DNA of 64,000 nt from the IMG/VR virus record IMGVR_UViG_2162886007_000107, positions 172,431-236,430 of that record. The stretch is one strand, 5' to 3'. Position 1 is the stretch's first letter; each line of letters starts with the position of its first letter. The notes beneath the pieces were generated by a model. That model worked only from the letters and a program-made list of their open reading frames with translations. It was not told the DNA's origin and did not search any database. Positions 52,316 to 62,470 of this stretch are shown one piece after another. The position numbers and the translations under genes were made by a program.

Positions 52316-53269
52316 TTAAGCAGGAATGTATTCAAGAACAGGCACCCAGCTAACCCAAGCTCCAGAAGCCGCACCAGTAATGGCCCGGGGGAACACATCA
52401 GACCAGTTGGCGTTACTAACCGACCAGTTGTTAGTAGTGTTGAAATGCTGGGTAGCCATTAATGGATAAGGAACACCAGAAGCATCGCCCCATTTAAAAG
52501 GCTGTAGTAAAGGGACGTCAGCAGCAAGAATAGACGTGGTCATAGAGCACATCAACTCACACCACTCGCTTCCTTTAAACGTGCTACGATCAGGAACGTT
52601 TTGATCCGTTGCCAAAGTACTGTTTTTAGGAATACGTACCAAGAAACTATCGCTACCGACGGTGACGACCTTTTTCTGGTTAACTGGGGCCGAGATAACA
52701 GGACTGGCTCCAACCGTTGTCAGGTTAAATGGAGCAGCCCCTGGGCCATCAACACCGTAAACCAATCCCAAGTTATAAATCTGAGACCAGGTGGAAGTGC
52801 CTGCTACGGAGAACGTGTTGTTGGGGAAAAACAAGATTTTGCCATTAAAGACAAACTTGTACCAACCGGTCATTGTGCCATCGGCCGGAGCAGATCCCAG
52901 CTGATTACTGGCATTTACTGCTGTACGCAATCCAGAGATAGTAAACAGCTGGGCAGCGGGCACAAAGCCCATATACCCAGCATTCCAGTTACCGCGCAAT
53001 ACGGTATTGCCGCCTGGCCCTGTCTTGGAGAAGTTTCCGTACAACATGCACTGACTGTATTGAGTATTGGACCCGGCCTTAACGGCCTCAACCATGTAAT
53101 ACCGAGTGCTTCGATCTGGGACCGTAGTGTCGGTATACGTGACGGCTGTTGGATCCAACACCGCTTTGGTGCCTGGCAATGTTGCTGGAGTGAACGCCGT
53201 ATCGGACCAGTAGATCGTCAACGTGTCAGGAAGGCTGGACATTGCAGGCCAATCAATTTTGATAGACAT
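52316..53269 (-). CDS. virion protein: FN3-like N-terminus plus GWRP domain
   Basis: Paralog of 51399; WYKFVFNGK; WVPVLEY. Confidence 0.75.
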   Translation of the reverse strand: MSIKIDWPAMSSLPDTLTIYWSDTAFTPATLPGTKAVLDPTAVTYTDTTVPDRSTRYYMVEAVKAGSNTQYSQCMLYGNFSKTGPGGNTVLRGNWNAGYMGFVPAAQLFTISGLRTAVNASNQLGSAPADGTMTGWYKFVFNGKILFFPNNTFSVAGTSTWSQIYNLGLVYGVDGPGAAPFNLTTVGASPVISAPVNQKKVVTVGSDSFLVRIPKNSTLATDQNVPDRSTFKGSEWCELMCSMTTSILAADVPLLQPFKWGDASGVPYPLMATQHFNTTNNWSVSNANWSDVFPRAITGAASGAWVSWVPVLEYIPA

Positions 53270-53278
53270 GGAATCTCC

Positions 53279-54229
53279 TTAGCTTTCGATCAATTCCAGT
53301 ACTGGCCACCAGCCGTAGAGTACACCGTTCCAGGTGGCCGCAGCTCGGTTGGCAGGACCGGTACGGTTAGCAGTACCGTTACCACGAACCAAGTTGTTGG
53401 CGGAGTTACCAGCGGCAATACGTTCTTGAACGACACTGCCAGAAGTCACGCCAGTGGAGGACATGAACAGGTCGGCTACAGTAGCTTGTTGAACGTTAGC
53501 CATTCGTTGCAGATCTGGGCAATACATCGACAATGGATAGACAATGTCATTCCATTCGTTAGGCCACAATTCAGTAGGCTCGGTAACGCTTGGTGTAACA
53601 GGATAACGTGCCAAAGTATCGTCAAAGCCAGTCATGCAGCGCACACGGTAGAGTTCACCGCCAATGGTTACCTTAGCACTTTGGTTAACGTTAGCCCCGG
53701 CGTTAGTTGGGCCAGGACCATCAACACCGTAAACCAGCCCGAGGTCATAAAGAGTTTTCCAACCAATGTTACCGCAGATAGGACCATTAGGAACGTACAA
53801 CACTTTCCCGTTACGAATCCATTTATGCCACAAAGGACCTGGTTGGTTAACTACACCAATGGTCAGACCTACAGCAGTACGCAGATCAGTGGTATTGATA
53901 AACTCGCCAGAGGTCAGTGTACCAAAGTAACCATAATTGAAATCACCAATCTGCAAACTAACAGGCCCAGCACCTTTACGAGGGACAGCCCGAATAGGGA
54001 TGTTGTCGGTGCTTTGTTTATCGCCGTTGCTATTGATGGTGGTTTCAAACACGTAGTAGTACAACGTGTCGCGAACAGTGGTAGTGTCGGTGTAAGTGGT
54101 TTCGTTATTGGTCAATGTCGCAATGGGGTTAGCGAGATTAGAACGATCCAATTTACTGGTACCACGATAGATCTTGGTGGTGAATGTACCTGGAGCATTC
54201 AGGTTAGTCCACTGAAGAATCGTATCCAT
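53279..54229 (-). CDS. virion protein: FN3-like N-terminus plus GWRP domain
   Basis: Paralog of 51399; WHKWIRNGK; GWWPVLEL. Confidence 0.75.
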   Translation of the reverse strand: MDTILQWTNLNAPGTFTTKIYRGTSKLDRSNLANPIATLTNNETTYTDTTTVRDTLYYYVFETTINSNGDKQSTDNIPIRAVPRKGAGPVSLQIGDFNYGYFGTLTSGEFINTTDLRTAVGLTIGVVNQPGPLWHKWIRNGKVLYVPNGPICGNIGWKTLYDLGLVYGVDGPGPTNAGANVNQSAKVTIGGELYRVRCMTGFDDTLARYPVTPSVTEPTELWPNEWNDIVYPLSMYCPDLQRMANVQQATVADLFMSSTGVTSGSVVQERIAAGNSANNLVRGNGTANRTGPANRAAATWNGVLYGWWPVLELIES

Positions 54230-54241
54230 TATTTACTTCCT

Positions 54242-55246
54242 TTAAGCGACATACGAGCCGGTGATAGTAAAAGCCTTAAGGCCCGGAGACTCCGCGGTAC
54301 CTCTAGGTGCCGATGGTTTAAGAGCCTGATTAACAAAACTGTAAGTCGGGTTAGGTAGCTGATAAGGCCAAGTTTTTTGTCTTGGAGCTGCCGGTTTTTG
54401 AGCCGGGCTACCTGTCCACTGCCGAACATCATTAATGACTGGAGCAAAAGGACCTGGGGTTCTGTACAACAGGGTATATGGATCTTTAGCCTCTGTATCA
54501 GGAATCAGCTCCAGCACTGGACGCCAGTAATGGCCACTAATGCCTGATACTCGATCTGTTTTAAGGATCGTTCTGTAAGCACCCATGATCACACCACTAG
54601 CGCCATCACCACGTACGTTACACTGGTTAACGTTGTTGGACATGGTTTCCATGGTAACGGAGTCAGGGCTAGACTGACTCCACCCTAAGGCGTTATAGGA
54701 CATTGTAGCAAACTTTGGGGTAATGTTGCCATCAAGCGAAATACTGCAACGACCCAGCAATTGACTCCATTCACCCGTGTAGTCCCCGACGTTTGCAGGG
54801 GCAACAGGATCAGCAGCGTAACCTCTAACTAGTCGAGGTTTTAATACCCAGAGTTTTTCACCCTCATATTTAGGCATCTGAATGAACTGATGCTTAGGAG
54901 TGGCCAGAGGGTATTTGCCGTTATCGCGCGTCCCATACACCATACCAGCAGCATACAGGTCAGCCCAGGACACGTTACTGCGGAAAGGTCGTTTAGCAAT
55001 GAAGATGACCTTGCCGTTCCAGATGAATTTAAGCCAGTGGTTAGCACCAGGGACCAAGTCTGGGTGGTCGGTACCTTGATACATACCACCCGCACCAGCC
55101 ACCTGGGAAATGCCAAACAGTTGAGTGTCCGTCACTTCACCAAAGTAACCCAGGTTCTGATCACCGCTAAGCAGTGCTTTTGGTCCAGGACCTGAGTTAC
55201 CGATGTAAATAGCTTTACTACCTGTAGTAAGTAGTTGCTCAATCAT
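54242..55246 (-). CDS. virion protein, GWRP domain
   Basis: MIEQL start; GPGPKALLSGD..GYFG; YWRPVLEL. Confidence 0.75.
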   Translation of the reverse strand: MIEQLLTTGSKAIYIGNSGPGPKALLSGDQNLGYFGEVTDTQLFGISQVAGAGGMYQGTDHPDLVPGANHWLKFIWNGKVIFIAKRPFRSNVSWADLYAAGMVYGTRDNGKYPLATPKHQFIQMPKYEGEKLWVLKPRLVRGYAADPVAPANVGDYTGEWSQLLGRCSISLDGNITPKFATMSYNALGWSQSSPDSVTMETMSNNVNQCNVRGDGASGVIMGAYRTILKTDRVSGISGHYWRPVLELIPDTEAKDPYTLLYRTPGPFAPVINDVRQWTGSPAQKPAAPRQKTWPYQLPNPTYSFVNQALKPSAPRGTAESPGLKAFTITGSYVA

Positions 55247-55259
55247 GTTGTTCCCTCCA

Positions 55260-56516
55260 TTAAGGGACTAATTCGAGTACCGGTCTCCAGCCATAACCAG
55301 CATGAGTGGTGTTAGCGATCTGGTACCATACGCCAAGGAATCCAGGATAACCGCGTGTCAACCATCCACCATTAGCACTGTTGGCTTCTTGGCACAAGGT
55401 CAGCTCGCCGTTGCCTGTACTACCAGTCCAACCAACATCAGTATTGGTAAGAGAGTCCCAACGATCAGCAGCTTGTCCCGAATAGTTGACAGTAACGCGG
55501 GAGAAGTAACTGTTATATTCACCACCAGCCGTAGCGCCTGGGTTAGAGGTCGCGCCTGTCATTAAACGAACTTTGTAGTTAAGCCCACCAATGTTAACAA
55601 CCTTCGTACCGTTAACAGCGCCAACGGCATTCAGTTGCTCATATGTAATCGCACCGAAGAAAGGAGTCTTGGCAATGTAGAACGTTTTGCCGTTGTCAAC
55701 AAACTTCAGCCAACCACCGTCCGGTTGGATAGATACTTTACCGGTGTTAGTAACACCAAGAAGGTTGTACAACGCCAGACCACCAATTAAGTTAGCTGCC
55801 GTTACTACACCTCTATAAGGAGATGGAGGAATGGTAGATTTCTTAACAAGTACTGGACGCCAACCGTAATACGTCTGCGGGTTATTAGGCGGCATGTTCC
55901 AGATACCCATGATAGGGTGGTTACCACTGGAATTCTGCCAGTCATTGCCTCGCAAACAATAACCGTTAGCTAAAGTCTCGGCGCAAATAGTGAAAACACC
56001 ATCGCCAAGGTCGGCTCCTCCTGGAGCACCAAGTCCTAACATTGTTCTTGTGTAGTTACCCCAAATGGGGGCTCCACTAATGCCACCACGGTCAGAGTTA
56101 TCATAGATCGCATACATGTAGCGATTCCACTCACCCCCAGCGTTGGACGGCACTGCATTTGCAGAAGAAGAAATTGCACCTGTCATCATTCGACAGATGT
56201 AAACCTCCCCTCTGATAGTAATCTCTTTGGCACCATTGTTGGTGGCCTGCATGATTTGTTCGTAAGTAGTCGCGTAACGAATCGGCTTCTTAGCGATAAG
56301 CAGTTCTAGTCCGCTGTCTTCAATGAAATGAAGCCAACCACCATCCCTATTCATTGTTGCGCCGGGAGTTAACCCGATAAGTGTAGCGAGGGCATCACCA
56401 TAAATAAAGTCAGCTGACTTTGTTATTCCTTTAAACGGAGTCCCTTCCGGAAAAGGTATGTCGGAATTGTCATCAGCTCCCTGTTTATATCCGGTCCCAA
56501 TCAGAGCTTCGATCAT
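55260..56516 (-). CDS. virion protein, two GWRP domains (paralog of 48199)
   Basis: MIEAL start; GWRPVLV and GWRPVLEL. Confidence 0.75.
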   Translation of the reverse strand: MIEALIGTGYKQGADDNSDIPFPEGTPFKGITKSADFIYGDALATLIGLTPGATMNRDGGWLHFIEDSGLELLIAKKPIRYATTYEQIMQATNNGAKEITIRGEVYICRMMTGAISSSANAVPSNAGGEWNRYMYAIYDNSDRGGISGAPIWGNYTRTMLGLGAPGGADLGDGVFTICAETLANGYCLRGNDWQNSSGNHPIMGIWNMPPNNPQTYYGWRPVLVKKSTIPPSPYRGVVTAANLIGGLALYNLLGVTNTGKVSIQPDGGWLKFVDNGKTFYIAKTPFFGAITYEQLNAVGAVNGTKVVNIGGLNYKVRLMTGATSNPGATAGGEYNSYFSRVTVNYSGQAADRWDSLTNTDVGWTGSTGNGELTLCQEANSANGGWLTRGYPGFLGVWYQIANTTHAGYGWRPVLELVP

Positions 56517-56547
56517 CTTGTGATCCTTTAAAGGAAGAAACGAACAC

Positions 56548-56575
56548 TAGGAACCTCCCCGTAAGGAGGTCCCTG
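56548..56575 (-). terminator. hairpin after the tail fibre gene
   Basis: ACCTCC/GGAGGT stem. Confidence 0.4.
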
Positions 56576-56586
56576 TGTCCATGAGG

Positions 56587-59500
56587 TTACGGAACTACAG
56601 CGCCCGCTGCACCGACCCACTCAACACCATCCCAGGTGAAGGTAATGAAGGTACGGCTACCAGTCAACGATGGAGGAGCACCAGTGTTCCATACCAGAGC
56701 CGTAGCACCAGTAGGAGCAAAGGTGATCGCACCAGTTGCACCATTGATCTTGAACACCAGTACCTTGGCACGAACAGGACCTTTCGGACCATCGCTCAGG
56801 GTAATGGTTTTAGCAGTGGCTGCAGTGTTGGTGATAACAATGAATTGATCCACCAGCGCATCGACAGTACCAGTCGCAGACAGAGTCTTGATTGGCAGGT
56901 CGTACTGGTTGAACTCGATCCATTGGCTGTTCTTGTACACGTAGGTCTTGCCGTCGTTACCGCCAACAGGACCAGAGATGCCAGACGAAGGTGCGGTGTA
57001 AACCACCCAGGTCTTGTCACCTTTACGAAGGTACAGATTGCTGTCTGTCGGAACATCAGCAAAGCCAGGTACAAACGCATTGATCTGCGCCTGGATTTTA
57101 CCGAACGCCTGGATCACCGTGTCAGCAGCAGCGATCGCGCTGTTGGTTGCCAAGCTCAAACCAGTCAGAGGCGTCGAACGAACACGAGCCTGAGTGAAGT
57201 AGAGGTTAGTAGTACCCTCCACAACAGCATCAGTGGTGCCAGGCGAAGCCACCAGCTGGATGTACGCGGAACCAGACCAGCGATACTGAACGTTGGTGTT
57301 GAGGGCGATGTAGATTTTGCCAGTTTCACCAGTAGCCGGGAAGGCTGCAAGGTTGGCAAACTCCAGCACGTCATCAACGTAGCTTGGCAATTGGCTTGCA
57401 GGAACGAAACCGTTAACCAGCGTAGCAACCGACACACCCAGTTCTGCGACAGGAACACCACCCAAGCTCATGAGAGTCGGAGGCTGGTATTTCAACCAGT
57501 CACCGTTATCAGCACCTTCGGTACGAGTACGCATGTACGGGAAACCGTCATCAGGCACGTCGTCCTGAATTGCAGCGGGCACCCAGTTACCGCCCAGACG
57601 CACAACTTTGCCCAGAGACAGCAGTGGCGAGTTAACGTCACCAGCAACCAGACGACCCCACAGTACCCAGCCATCAGTAGCCGTCTTATAAAAGACGTTG
57701 AAGGTAGCCGAGATAGCCCAGTCGCCAACACGACCAGAGAAGGTATCGGAAGGAGCATCCATGCCAGCAGGCAGAGTCAACCAACGGCTACCCTGATCAC
57801 CTTTAACACCAGGCTTACCAGGCAGGCCTTCACCAGGAGGACCTTCTTTACCCTCAGGACCACGGAACTCACCAACGTCTTTCCAGTCGGTAATGCTCGG
57901 AGCCCAAATAACCAGGTGACCGTTTTCCAACATGTAAGCGTCGGTCTGGGTACCGGTAGGGTGAGCAGCACGCAATGCGGCCATGTCTGCGAAGGTGTCT
58001 TTGATGGCTACGGTCGCGCCAGGATCGCCCTGGATACCTTTACCGCCATCAGGACCTACAAAGTCAAACGGACCGTTGTACTGACCATCGACAACAACAT
58101 AAACCTGCTTGTCGTCCAGAGTCTGCCAGCCGTCGCCTTCTTCAGCAAAACCATCGCCTTCACCGATTGGAGGAAGTGCCGCCAGGTTTTCAACAACGCC
58201 ACGCAGTTTGAGCGGAGTACCGTTCTTACCGATGTCACCTTGTTGACCCTGGAACTTACCCGCATTCTGCCAAACGTTTTCGACGTTCACCCAGACAAAC
58301 TTGTCGAGATCGACGTAAGCTTTGCCTTTGGTGATATCGGTGGCTGGAGGAATGGTCTGATCTTCTTCGGTCAGGATCTTGATGATGTCGAGGGATTTAC
58401 CATCTTTACCATCAGTACCTTTGAAGCTACCCATCTTCAGCCAGGAGCTGCCGATGTAAGCGTACAGAGCGTTTTCATCCTGTACCGAGTACACCCACTG
58501 ATCTTGCGGGCTAGCCGGCAAGTCAGCAAAGGTCGCCACAACACCACGCAGATAAATGGACTGGCCGTCAGCACCTTTAAGCGAAGTATTGAAGTCAGCT
58601 TCAGATCCAGAGTTACCCAGATCCAACCAGTTTTGGTAAGCGGACTTACCATCAGCGCCTTTGAAAGGACCGAGGTCTTTCCAGCCACCACCCGAAGTGC
58701 TCCAGACCCACAGACGATGAGTGGAGTTAACCACGTATGCGTCTTGATCCTGAGGAGAAGGAATGGCTTGAAGTGCTGCGTCATCGGCTACGGAGCCTTT
58801 GATTTGCAGGTTCTTACCGTCTTCACCATCAGCGCCTTTCTGAGCAATCCAGTAATCTGCTTCAGTCTTGCCATTGTTTTCTGGCAGGGTCAGCCAGTAG
58901 GCAACAGCGTTAAGACCAGGATCACCTTGGAGACCTGGTTCACCTTTGAACTCACCCAGGCGAACCCAAGCGGCGTTGATGTAACCGTAAATCGAGTTAT
59001 CTGCACGTACAGCCCAGATATCCTGTTCTTCAGGTTCAGCAGGCAGATCACCGACGGTGTTAACTGCGCCCTTCAGGATCAGGCTTACACCAGGAGTACC
59101 GTCGATACCTTGGAAGCGACCCAGGTTTACCCATGCATCGACAATCCACATCCAGACGGTGCTGGTGTCTTGGACGGCCCAAGCATCCTGATCGGCAGGA
59201 GAGGCAGGTAATGCAGACTGAGTAGCCACGGCGCCTTTGATAATGACGTTACGACCGTCAGTACCGTCTTCACCTGGTTCCCCGTCTTTACCGTTGAATT
59301 TGCCCAGGTCTTTCCAGACAGCATCTACTTCAACGTATACCCACAGGTGGGACGTATCACGCAGAACGTAAGCGGCCTGGTCATCCTTAGGCTTGGTGTC
59401 GAGTTCGGCAGCATTAGCAACCGTACCAAGGATCTGGAGGTTTTTACCAGGGATGCCCTGATCGCCTTTGGTGGACTCTTGCCATTCTTCAATGGTCTTG

Positions 59501-60168
59501 TTTTCGTTACCAGGAATTTTCTTCCAGGTTGCGAAGGCGTCGTCACCAGGGTTACCTTTCAGACCGCGTTGAGCCTCGATGAACTCAGCTTCGGTCTTGT
59601 TCTCGTTACCTGGCTGACGTTTCCAGATATCGTAGTTGGATTCACCGGCAGGACCACGGATACCCAGTGCTTCCCATTTCTGGGTGTCATCACTTGGAAC
59701 CAATACGTGGATGTCGTGTTGCCAGATGTAAGCATCACCGATTTCATTCTCGGTAATTTCTGGCAGTTCGAGGTTGTCAGGCCAGGTACCCAGGAGGTTC
59801 AAACCATTCTTACCACGCAGGCTACCGGAGCTAGCCCATTCAGTACCGTTCCATACACGCAGAGAGAACTCCACGAAGTAAGCAGTACCTACTTTCAGAC
59901 CTACGGTAGGAATGGCATTCAGTTCGTCTTCGTCACGCAGCTCACCCTTGAGGATGATACCGCCTGTAGCTAGACCCTGAATGATTTCGTACAAGTAACG
60001 AGTACGTGCATCCAAGACACGAGCCTGGAAGTTAGCAGCACCCAAGCCATCAGCACCACCACGGACCTTTACGCCAGTGACAAGAGCCGGAAGGTGTTCT
60101 ACCCACAATGCCTCTTCGGCAATAGCAGGCAACTCACCAGGAGTTACAGAATCATCATCGATAGCCAT
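56587..60168 (-). CDS. long tail fibre-like protein with collagen G-X-Y repeats
   Basis: N-terminal W...GG.DG.AN.QA..L..RT.YL; about 10 repeated ~45-aa modules separated by GXY runs. Confidence 0.85.
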   Translation of the reverse strand: MAIDDDSVTPGELPAIAEEALWVEHLPALVTGVKVRGGADGLGAANFQARVLDARTRYLYEIIQGLATGGIILKGELRDEDELNAIPTVGLKVGTAYFVEFSLRVWNGTEWASSGSLRGKNGLNLLGTWPDNLELPEITENEIGDAYIWQHDIHVLVPSDDTQKWEALGIRGPAGESNYDIWKRQPGNENKTEAEFIEAQRGLKGNPGDDAFATWKKIPGNENKTIEEWQESTKGDQGIPGKNLQILGTVANAAELDTKPKDDQAAYVLRDTSHLWVYVEVDAVWKDLGKFNGKDGEPGEDGTDGRNVIIKGAVATQSALPASPADQDAWAVQDTSTVWMWIVDAWVNLGRFQGIDGTPGVSLILKGAVNTVGDLPAEPEEQDIWAVRADNSIYGYINAAWVRLGEFKGEPGLQGDPGLNAVAYWLTLPENNGKTEADYWIAQKGADGEDGKNLQIKGSVADDAALQAIPSPQDQDAYVVNSTHRLWVWSTSGGGWKDLGPFKGADGKSAYQNWLDLGNSGSEADFNTSLKGADGQSIYLRGVVATFADLPASPQDQWVYSVQDENALYAYIGSSWLKMGSFKGTDGKDGKSLDIIKILTEEDQTIPPATDITKGKAYVDLDKFVWVNVENVWQNAGKFQGQQGDIGKNGTPLKLRGVVENLAALPPIGEGDGFAEEGDGWQTLDDKQVYVVVDGQYNGPFDFVGPDGGKGIQGDPGATVAIKDTFADMAALRAAHPTGTQTDAYMLENGHLVIWAPSITDWKDVGEFRGPEGKEGPPGEGLPGKPGVKGDQGSRWLTLPAGMDAPSDTFSGRVGDWAISATFNVFYKTATDGWVLWGRLVAGDVNSPLLSLGKVVRLGGNWVPAAIQDDVPDDGFPYMRTRTEGADNGDWLKYQPPTLMSLGGVPVAELGVSVATLVNGFVPASQLPSYVDDVLEFANLAAFPATGETGKIYIALNTNVQYRWSGSAYIQLVASPGTTDAVVEGTTNLYFTQARVRSTPLTGLSLATNSAIAAADTVIQAFGKIQAQINAFVPGFADVPTDSNLYLRKGDKTWVVYTAPSSGISGPVGGNDGKTYVYKNSQWIEFNQYDLPIKTLSATGTVDALVDQFIVITNTAATAKTITLSDGPKGPVRAKVLVFKINGATGAITFAPTGATALVWNTGAPPSLTGSRTFITFTWDGVEWVGAAGAVVP

Positions 60169-60186
60169 TGAGCTTTTCCTCTGACT

Positions 60187-60759
60187 TTACAAGTAGCGCA
60201 GATTTGGTTCGTCGTAACTGTGCAAGCCGTTATAACGAAGTACATTGTCGTAAAGAGACTCGTACACAGTGAACAGACCAAAAATAGTCTCGTTACGAAT
60301 ACTTACCTGACCACCACCGTAGCCAAGGTCAACATCCGCCGCACTGTATTTCAAAGAATTCTTCACTTGAGCGAGGACGTAATCCGGATCCCCTTTCTTG
60401 CCACTAATGACAAGTAGGCTGGCAATCATTGCCTCGCCCATGGTGTAAACACCTTCTTCGGTTTTCAACGACAATTCGTTCTCGTCGTCTACATGACCAA
60501 GGATGGTGAAAAGTTTGCCGGTTTCTACGTCGGCTGGAATGAACTTCTGATTGATGCCCATAAAGACGCCTGGCATGCTCACATCGTAGAAATGAACAGG
60601 GCGGGCGGGATTAGTGTTGTCAACCTGGAAGTTCGTAATCGTGATTTGATCCAGAGTGAGGCCCTGGAGCACTGCAACAAGTAACGGCTTATCCTGGTAA
60701 CGTTCGACGTTATATTCGATAAACCGATCCAAGAACAGTTGCCGATTTGGAATGGCCAT
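60187..60759 (-). CDS. putative virion/tail-associated protein
   Basis: First gene of the late operon; paralog of 32536. Confidence 0.7.
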   Translation of the reverse strand: MAIPNRQLFLDRFIEYNVERYQDKPLLVAVLQGLTLDQITITNFQVDNTNPARPVHFYDVSMPGVFMGINQKFIPADVETGKLFTILGHVDDENELSLKTEEGVYTMGEAMIASLLVISGKKGDPDYVLAQVKNSLKYSAADVDLGYGGGQVSIRNETIFGLFTVYESLYDNVLRYNGLHSYDEPNLRYL

Positions 60760-60801
60760 GTTCTTTTTCCCGGGAAAGGTTAAGAGCCTTAGGAGCTAGG
60801 G

Positions 60802-60805
60802 CATA
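60802..60805 (-). promoter_or_regulatory. candidate phiKZ-type late promoter (TATG)
   Basis: TATG on the - strand about 45 nt upstream of 60759. A 4-mer, so position is the only support. Confidence 0.35.
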
Positions 60806-60847
60806 ACATTGATCAAAATAGAATATAACTAGCATGGCTAAAATATA

Positions 60848-60892
60848 CTTGACTTTTGCAATTTCTCAGACCTATATTACTTGAGTAGATAA
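60848..60892 (+). promoter_or_regulatory. phiKZ-type early promoter
   Basis: CTTGACTTTTGCA-N11-CTATATTAC; core at 60873-60880. Confidence 0.8.
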
Positions 60893-61002
60893 ACAACAAC
60901 GGATTATTTCGTTCTTGTTTATTTGGTAAATGAAGTTACTTGTTGATAGGACGAGAAGTATTCTGCTTCTCTCACTTGGATAGTCTTAAGGAAAGAACCG
61001 TA

Positions 61003-61248
61003 ATGGCAAAGTCTGCTCTGGTAGTAACTCTGGAAAATCGTGCACTGCGTCACATGTCTGCTATGGAAAAGCTGAATAAGCGGATCGATAGTTTGTACAA
61101 CCGCGTGGTTAAATGCACCTGCCCAGAGAAGCGCAATGAACATATGCTGAAAGCTATGGAGTTGCGTAAAGATCTCAACCTGGCCAAGTTCAATTATGAC
61201 GTAGTCATGACTGAGTTGTATGGCACTGCACACAAACGTGTTTCCTAA
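61003..61248 (+). CDS. small helical hypothetical protein
   Basis: AAGGA RBS before ATG 61003. Confidence 0.7.
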   Translation: MAKSALVVTLENRALRHMSAMEKLNKRIDSLYNRVVKCTCPEKRNEHMLKAMELRKDLNLAKFNYDVVMTELYGTAHKRVS

Positions 61249-61270
61249 ATCACTAAAAGAGGATAGTTCA

Positions 61271-61525
61271 GTGATCGATGTTAAAGTTGCGAAGGATCGT
61301 GCTCAACGTGTTGCCCAGATTAAACAATTGATCGAAGACGGTAACCGTATCTGCTCCCAGGGTTTGAGCCACCCTAACGATACAACGTATCAAGAACTTG
61401 TAAAAGAAGGCCAAGCCAAGCTGCAAGAAGCAGCTCAGCTTCGGGATGAGTTTTGGGAGTTGTACCCTAATGCTCTGATTATGAACAACTGTCCGTGGAT
61501 GGCTCGACAAGTCACCCATTCTTAA
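61271..61525 (+). CDS. small helical hypothetical protein
   Basis: GAGGA RBS with GTG 61271. Confidence 0.65.
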   Translation: MIDVKVAKDRAQRVAQIKQLIEDGNRICSQGLSHPNDTTYQELVKEGQAKLQEAAQLRDEFWELYPNALIMNNCPWMARQVTHS

Positions 61526-61538
61526 TTAGGAGAAACTG

Positions 61539-61751
61539 ATGGGCCAGGTCATCGATTTCATTCGTTACAAGAAGGCTCGTAATTCCAACGAGCTTGTCCA
61601 GATTGATGGCCTGCGTCGTCAACTGGCAGAGCTAGAAACTGTCTTGCACACTTCTGGTAACTACTTGCTTCGTGAGCAGGCGGCTATTGAAATGAGCACG
61701 GTACAGATGGAGATTGTTGAACGCATGCACAAGTTGGGAATCATGCGATGA
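61539..61751 (+). CDS. small helical hypothetical protein
   Basis: AGGAG RBS. Confidence 0.7.
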   Translation: MGQVIDFIRYKKARNSNELVQIDGLRRQLAELETVLHTSGNYLLREQAAIEMSTVQMEIVERMHKLGIMR

Positions 61752-62065
61752 ACAAAATCCTTCAGTTTCCTGTGAATCCAAAAGTTGCTCACCTGGGCAA
61801 GATTCGTTGTGAACTGCAAGTGGTGCTGAATGATTTTGCGAAAGCTCAGACTCTTGAGGAACGCGATCGTTTGGCTACTCGTTTTCTGGAACTTGAAAGT
61901 GAGATTGGTGAAGCGGAGATCAGCATTCGTACTACGCTGTTTGTTCCTAATCACCGGGCCGACAACTACATGTTCCTTAAAAACAACTTTAAGGTCACCA
62001 TCAAAAATGAAGTGACCTTTAAACCTTTCAATTACATTCCTCCGGATCAAACCCCGGAAGAATAA
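61748..62065 (+). CDS. hypothetical protein
   Basis: ATGA overlap. Confidence 0.7.
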   Translation: MNKILQFPVNPKVAHLGKIRCELQVVLNDFAKAQTLEERDRLATRFLELESEIGEAEISIRTTLFVPNHRADNYMFLKNNFKVTIKNEVTFKPFNYIPPDQTPEE

Positions 62066-62099
62066 ATTTAGTAAGCAACTAAGACTCTAGGATTAAACA

Positions 62100-62444
62100 A
62101 TGAGCCAAGATCTGAACAACCCCGCTCGCCGCCGCGTTGTAGCTACTATGACTCGCGGTCAATCCAAAGAAGTAATCATGACTCGTCATTATGCTTATTT
62201 CGATACCGCCATGCCCCGCATGTTGCAAATGGCTATCAGCTATTGCAACGAGGGCGATTTTGTTGAATTCGCCAGCATCGAGCATGGCTTCCAGCTCGGT
62301 GTGTTGCATGTTCGCAAAGGCGGTAAGTTTGAGGTGAGCATGAGTGCTCTGGTTAAAGCCAGTCCGTCTCTCCTCAAACTCATGTCCGAAGACGCCAACT
62401 GGGATAACCCGTTGATCAACTCGGCAATGCGTAAAGCTTCTTAA
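62100..62444 (+). CDS. hypothetical protein
   Basis: AGGA RBS; codon bias. Confidence 0.75.
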   Translation: MSQDLNNPARRRVVATMTRGQSKEVIMTRHYAYFDTAMPRMLQMAISYCNEGDFVEFASIEHGFQLGVLHVRKGGKFEVSMSALVKASPSLLKLMSEDANWDNPLINSAMRKAS

Positions 62445-62470
62445 ACTCATCGATCAGAGGACGTGCTGAA

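Noticed and set aside
52601-54358. 585-aa + strand ORF spanning two virion genes
   Set aside because: Lies opposite clear paralogous - strand genes; composition is typical of an antisense frame.
48199-56516. Diversity-generating retroelement
   Set aside because: No reverse transcriptase and no near-identical TR/VR pair differing at adenines was seen in this window.
56575-59211. 878-aa + strand ORF opposite the tail fibre
   Set aside because: Antisense shadow of the repetitive fibre gene; no recognisable protein features.
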